In this document: piece after piece, positions 8,559 to 11,667 of the stretch
Position numbering within the stretch: the first letter of the stretch is position 1
How the letters are laid out: the number at the start of each line of letters is the position of its first letter
Assembly (NCBI GenBank): GCA_001794905.1
Contig: MGLW01000066.1
Coordinates: 3,305-14,971 of the forward strand
Source: Chlamydiae bacterium RIFCSPHIGHO2_12_FULL_49_11
GTDB lineage: Bacteria > Chlamydiota > Chlamydiia > Chlamydiales > 2-12-FULL-49-11
Reading direction: 5' to 3'
DNA: 11,667 nucleotides
Made by a program: the position numbers and the translations under genes
The notes under the pieces: model-generated
The model's database searches: none
What the model saw: only the letters and a program-made list of their open reading frames with translations
Told to the model about the DNA's origin: nothing

Positions 8559-8984
8559 GTGAGAAATAGTACTTTACTTCTTTTTTTATTCCTCTTCGGC
8601 TGCTCCTCTTCCGACCCGGCAGCTCTGCGTGAAGAAGGGAAACGGACTATTTCCCTCTTGACCGAAAAACTTGCCACGTGCGACTCGGTCGCCGCTCTCG
8701 AACTGGAAAGATTCGAAATCGAAGAGCTGTTTCAAAAATTTGTTCACCTCATGATATTGCAAAAAAAAAGGGAGCTTAGGAAGGGAAAATGCATGGCGCC
8801 GCTGTCGGGAGAAAATCTGGAAATCAGCGCTGCGCTTCAAAATGAACTAGTGCGCCTCTACCGCCTCCCCGGAGGCAGAAAAGTCTTAGAAGAAATGCAG
8901 GAAGAGCCGGCAAGGCGCTTGGACCGTTTCTACTCGCGCCTCAAAACTCAGGTTGCAAGACGCTCTGATGAAGGTCGGCCTTGA
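8559..8984 (+). CDS. Putative lipoprotein of unknown function (about 141 aa)
   Basis: In-frame GTG at 8559 gives MRNSTLLLFLFLFG-CSSSD, which has a basic N-region, a hydrophobic core and lipobox LFGC (Cys15). The ORF-track start at 8475 lies inside tRNA-Val and is unlikely. The 3' end overlaps surE convergently by 44 bp. Confidence 0.75.
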   Translation: MRNSTLLLFLFLFGCSSSDPAALREEGKRTISLLTEKLATCDSVAALELERFEIEELFQKFVHLMILQKKRELRKGKCMAPLSGENLEISAALQNELVRLYRLPGGRKVLEEMQEEPARRLDRFYSRLKTQVARRSDEGRP

Positions 8985-9735
8985 GAAAAGATATTTTCAT
9001 CTGTTCAAACCGGCCGTAGTCGGTGAGGTCATTTACCTGGAGAGGCGTACAGGTTACATACCCCTGGGACAGAAGGTAGATATCACTTTCGGGATCTTCC
9101 TCACTATATTCAATGCTTTCATCGAGGTAAAAATCAGGAGCAGACCCTCGCGCGCGCACAACCGGATTCCAAAAAGAGAGCCCTTGCCGTGCCATTTTGA
9201 GTCCGAGAACTTTCTTTTTCGGCGCCGGAAAATTGACATTCATAACAGAACCCTTGCCGATCGGCGTTTTTAAAAAATGGGCCGTCAATTTTTGTACGAC
9301 ACCCTTTTCCAGCGTGAAGTCATGGGCATCCAACCACGGATAGGAAGAAAATGCAATGGCCGGCAAGTGGTAAAAGGAAGCCTGGATTGTGGCGCCGATC
9401 GTACCGCTGTAAAACACATTGCGCCCCGCATTCCACCCGTTATTGATACCGGAAAGGACAAGATCGGGCTTTTTTTCAAGGACGTAATGGAGAGCAAACT
9501 TGACGCAATCGGCAGGGGTCGATTTCACTTTCCACGCAGCGACTGCTCCCTCGACCGAAATTTGAGCCGCTTCGAGCTTGCTCGGCAGGGCAATGCTAAC
9601 CCCCTTGCACGACTGGTTTTCCATCGGAGCCACAAGGTAACAATCGTAATCGTCCCGAAGAGCTTCCACCAGGGCAAGAATGCCGGGGGCATCAAAACCG
9701 TCATCATTGGTAATCAGTAATCTAGCTTTACTCAT
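8941..9735 (-). CDS. surE: 5'/3'-nucleotidase SurE
   Basis: SurE signature motifs LLITNDDG, VAPxxNQS, TPADCV and DLVLSGINxGxNxGxxVFYSGT. Confidence 0.97.
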   Translation of the reverse strand: MSKARLLITNDDGFDAPGILALVEALRDDYDCYLVAPMENQSCKGVSIALPSKLEAAQISVEGAVAAWKVKSTPADCVKFALHYVLEKKPDLVLSGINNGWNAGRNVFYSGTIGATIQASFYHLPAIAFSSYPWLDAHDFTLEKGVVQKLTAHFLKTPIGKGSVMNVNFPAPKKKVLGLKMARQGLSFWNPVVRARGSAPDFYLDESIEYSEEDPESDIYLLSQGYVTCTPLQVNDLTDYGRFEQMKISFLKADLHQSVLQPEF

Positions 9736-11142
9736 TTACGCCTCCTTCCGCCCCGTCTCTTTGAGGTAACTAATAACAAAAAATGTGACAAAATGACAGA
9801 AAAAACCCACGATGATACTCGGAATTGCGCTCCCCATCATGGCGCCGACAAAAGGCCACACGCCGCTTGCAAAAGCGCCGGTGATCACTCCTCCGAGAAC
9901 GGCATGTTTATCGAGTTTTTCCATGTAGAGTGCCAAAATAAGAGCCGGCCCGAACGAAGCGCCGAGCCCGAACCACGCATATGAGACAACGTTAAAAAGA
10001 GAGCCGGAAGTAGCGGCGGCAATCACAGCACTCATCAGAGTCACCAGCACAAAAGAGCTCCGGAGCACCTTCACCTCTTTTTCGGGCGAGACTGCCTTTC
10101 GAAAGAGTTTTTTGTAAAAATCTTCGGCAAAATTGGAAGAGACCACAAGGATTTGTGCATTCGTGACGGTGATGGTGACTCCTAAAACAGCACACAAAAT
10201 AAATGTAGCCGCAAAGGTGGAAAACAGACTTTGCACCAGGTTGATAAAAATGAATTCGCTGTTTAGCACGGGAGATTTGAGGCTCACATGCGCTACAACC
10301 CCGATCAGGACGGAACCTAAAAGGGCAAACGACTGCCACGAAATGCCGACCCATTTGGCTTTGCTCATGTGCTCCACCTCACGAATCCCCATAAATTTGG
10401 TGAGGATGTGCGGCTGGCCGAAATAGCCGAGGCCCCACCCCAAAAAGAGGTACAACCAATTGCCGAATTCCCGCTGGGTTGCCGGCAGCCAGTCAAAAAA
10501 GCGGGGAGCAAATTGCACAGTGGTTTGCCCTGCCGCCTGACTATAGGCATAAATCGGGACAAACAAGATGACAAAGAGGAGAAAAAATCCTTGCACAAGG
10601 TCGGTCCATGCGAGTGTGATGTAGCCGCCGAAGAAAAGATACGGGACCGTGAGCACAACGCCGAGAATGACGCCGGCAACGTAAGGAATGTGAAAAATCA
10701 TCTCGAGGGTGATGCCGAGGCCGATCATGCCGGCAGCGATATACACAAGGTAAAACAGGGTGGAAATCAAGGCCGTCACAATCCGGATCGAACCCGAGGT
10801 GTCGCTCGTTTTGCTTTCGAAAAGAGAAGAAATCGTGTAACTGTTGTACATCTCGCTCTGCCTGCGAAGCCGGGGTGCAATGAACTGCCAGTTGAGAAAC
10901 ATGAAAAAGACAAGGCCGAAAGCCACTGCCGCCTGCAATAAACCGTGGGTGTAAACTTGGGCCGGAAAACCGATAAAGATCCAGCTGCTCATATCGCTGG
11001 CATGGGCTGCCAGTGCAGTCACGATAAACCCCATCTGCCTTGAACCGAGCAAAAAATCGCCGAGAGTCTTGGCCCGCAGCTTGGATAAGACGGCGATGAA
11101 AACCAGAATCAAAAAGTAAGTGATGAATGCAAAAACGGTCAT
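9736..11142 (-). CDS. putP: Sodium/proline symporter (sodium:solute symporter family)
   Basis: Highly hydrophobic 468-aa protein with PutP-like motifs ALAAHASDMSSW, GGYxxxAWTDLVQG, GWGLGYFGQPHIL and VSYAWFGLGASFGP. Its stop TAA directly abuts the surE ATG. Confidence 0.9.
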   Translation of the reverse strand: MTVFAFITYFLILVFIAVLSKLRAKTLGDFLLGSRQMGFIVTALAAHASDMSSWIFIGFPAQVYTHGLLQAAVAFGLVFFMFLNWQFIAPRLRRQSEMYNSYTISSLFESKTSDTSGSIRIVTALISTLFYLVYIAAGMIGLGITLEMIFHIPYVAGVILGVVLTVPYLFFGGYITLAWTDLVQGFFLLFVILFVPIYAYSQAAGQTTVQFAPRFFDWLPATQREFGNWLYLFLGWGLGYFGQPHILTKFMGIREVEHMSKAKWVGISWQSFALLGSVLIGVVAHVSLKSPVLNSEFIFINLVQSLFSTFAATFILCAVLGVTITVTNAQILVVSSNFAEDFYKKLFRKAVSPEKEVKVLRSSFVLVTLMSAVIAAATSGSLFNVVSYAWFGLGASFGPALILALYMEKLDKHAVLGGVITGAFASGVWPFVGAMMGSAIPSIIVGFFCHFVTFFVISYLKETGRKEA

Positions 11143-11163
11143 AGGGGTATTATCTTACCCTGC

Positions 11164-11667
11164 TTACTTTTTCGGCTCAAGCAGAGCTTTCTTACTCCCG
11201 TAATTTTCGATGGCATGGAACAGGTTTGTCTTGGTGTGAGGAAATTTTTTTTGAATAAATTCGAGCAGCATTTTTGTTTCCTTCCGTTTCGAATGCTGCC
11301 CGATCGGGCACTGGCAGACAAACCGTAAAAAACCGGCCCCTCGGGCAAAGGAGACAATTTCCTTCTCTTCGACGAAATAGAGGGGGCGGATTAAAGTCAC
11401 CCCGTACCGGTAAAAATAGATTTTCGGTTCCATGGCAGCAAACTCCCCTTTTTGAAGAAGGTTCAACAGGAGAGTTTCGTTCACATCGTCCTTATGGTGG
11501 CCGAACGCAACCGTCGTGATTCCTCTATTTCGCATCGCATCAAAAATCATTTTACGCCGCACGCGGGCGCAGGAATAACATTCGGTCGGCATTTTTCCTT
11601 CTCCCTCTCCGAGAATCACAAGCTCGATCCCCATCTGCCGCACATGTCCTTCCAGAAAATCTTTAGT
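11164..11667 (-). CDS. ttcA: tRNA 2-thiocytidine(32) synthetase TtcA family PP-loop protein, 5'-truncated by the window edge
   Basis: CYSCARVRR (CxxC), AFGHHKDD, IRPL and CQCP motifs. The frame stays open upstream of 11643 to the window end (TKDFLEGH), so the PP-loop lies outside the window. Confidence 0.88.
   Translation of the reverse strand, partial: TKDFLEGHVRQMGIELVILGEGEGKMPTECYSCARVRRKMIFDAMRNRGITTVAFGHHKDDVNETLLLNLLQKGEFAAMEPKIYFYRYGVTLIRPLYFVEEKEIVSFARGAGFLRFVCQCPIGQHSKRKETKMLLEFIQKKFPHTKTNLFHAIENYGSKKALLEPKK

Noticed and set aside
8761..8769. A9 homopolymer in the lipoprotein gene as a phase-variation site
   Set aside because: The frame is intact and A-runs in Lys codons are common throughout this window.

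Overview
This window looks like chromosomal DNA from a member of the Chlamydiota, probably an environmental lineage. That placement is inferred from the class Ic (Mn/Fe) NrdB signature, the triple-ATP-cone NrdA and tRNA genes lacking encoded CCA. From left to right it holds: a minus-strand Hanks-type Ser/Thr protein kinase-like gene (1280..<1) that the ORF track missed because it runs off the window; a divergently transcribed 272-aa ORF with no recognisable motif; an nrdAB operon with a sigma70-type promoter and two tandem NrdR boxes; a type II NAD(P)H dehydrogenase fused to a C-terminal cyclic-nucleotide-binding domain; tRNA-Asp(GTC) and tRNA-Val(TAC); a small lipoprotein; and a minus-strand ttcA (partial)-putP-surE cluster. 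The most notable observations are the hidden atypical kinase, the NDH-2/cNMP fusion, and an exact 17-bp direct repeat linking window position 1 to the nrdB stop codon. I found no mobile element, CRISPR array or intein, and I cannot demonstrate a new multi-gene system from the sequence alone.
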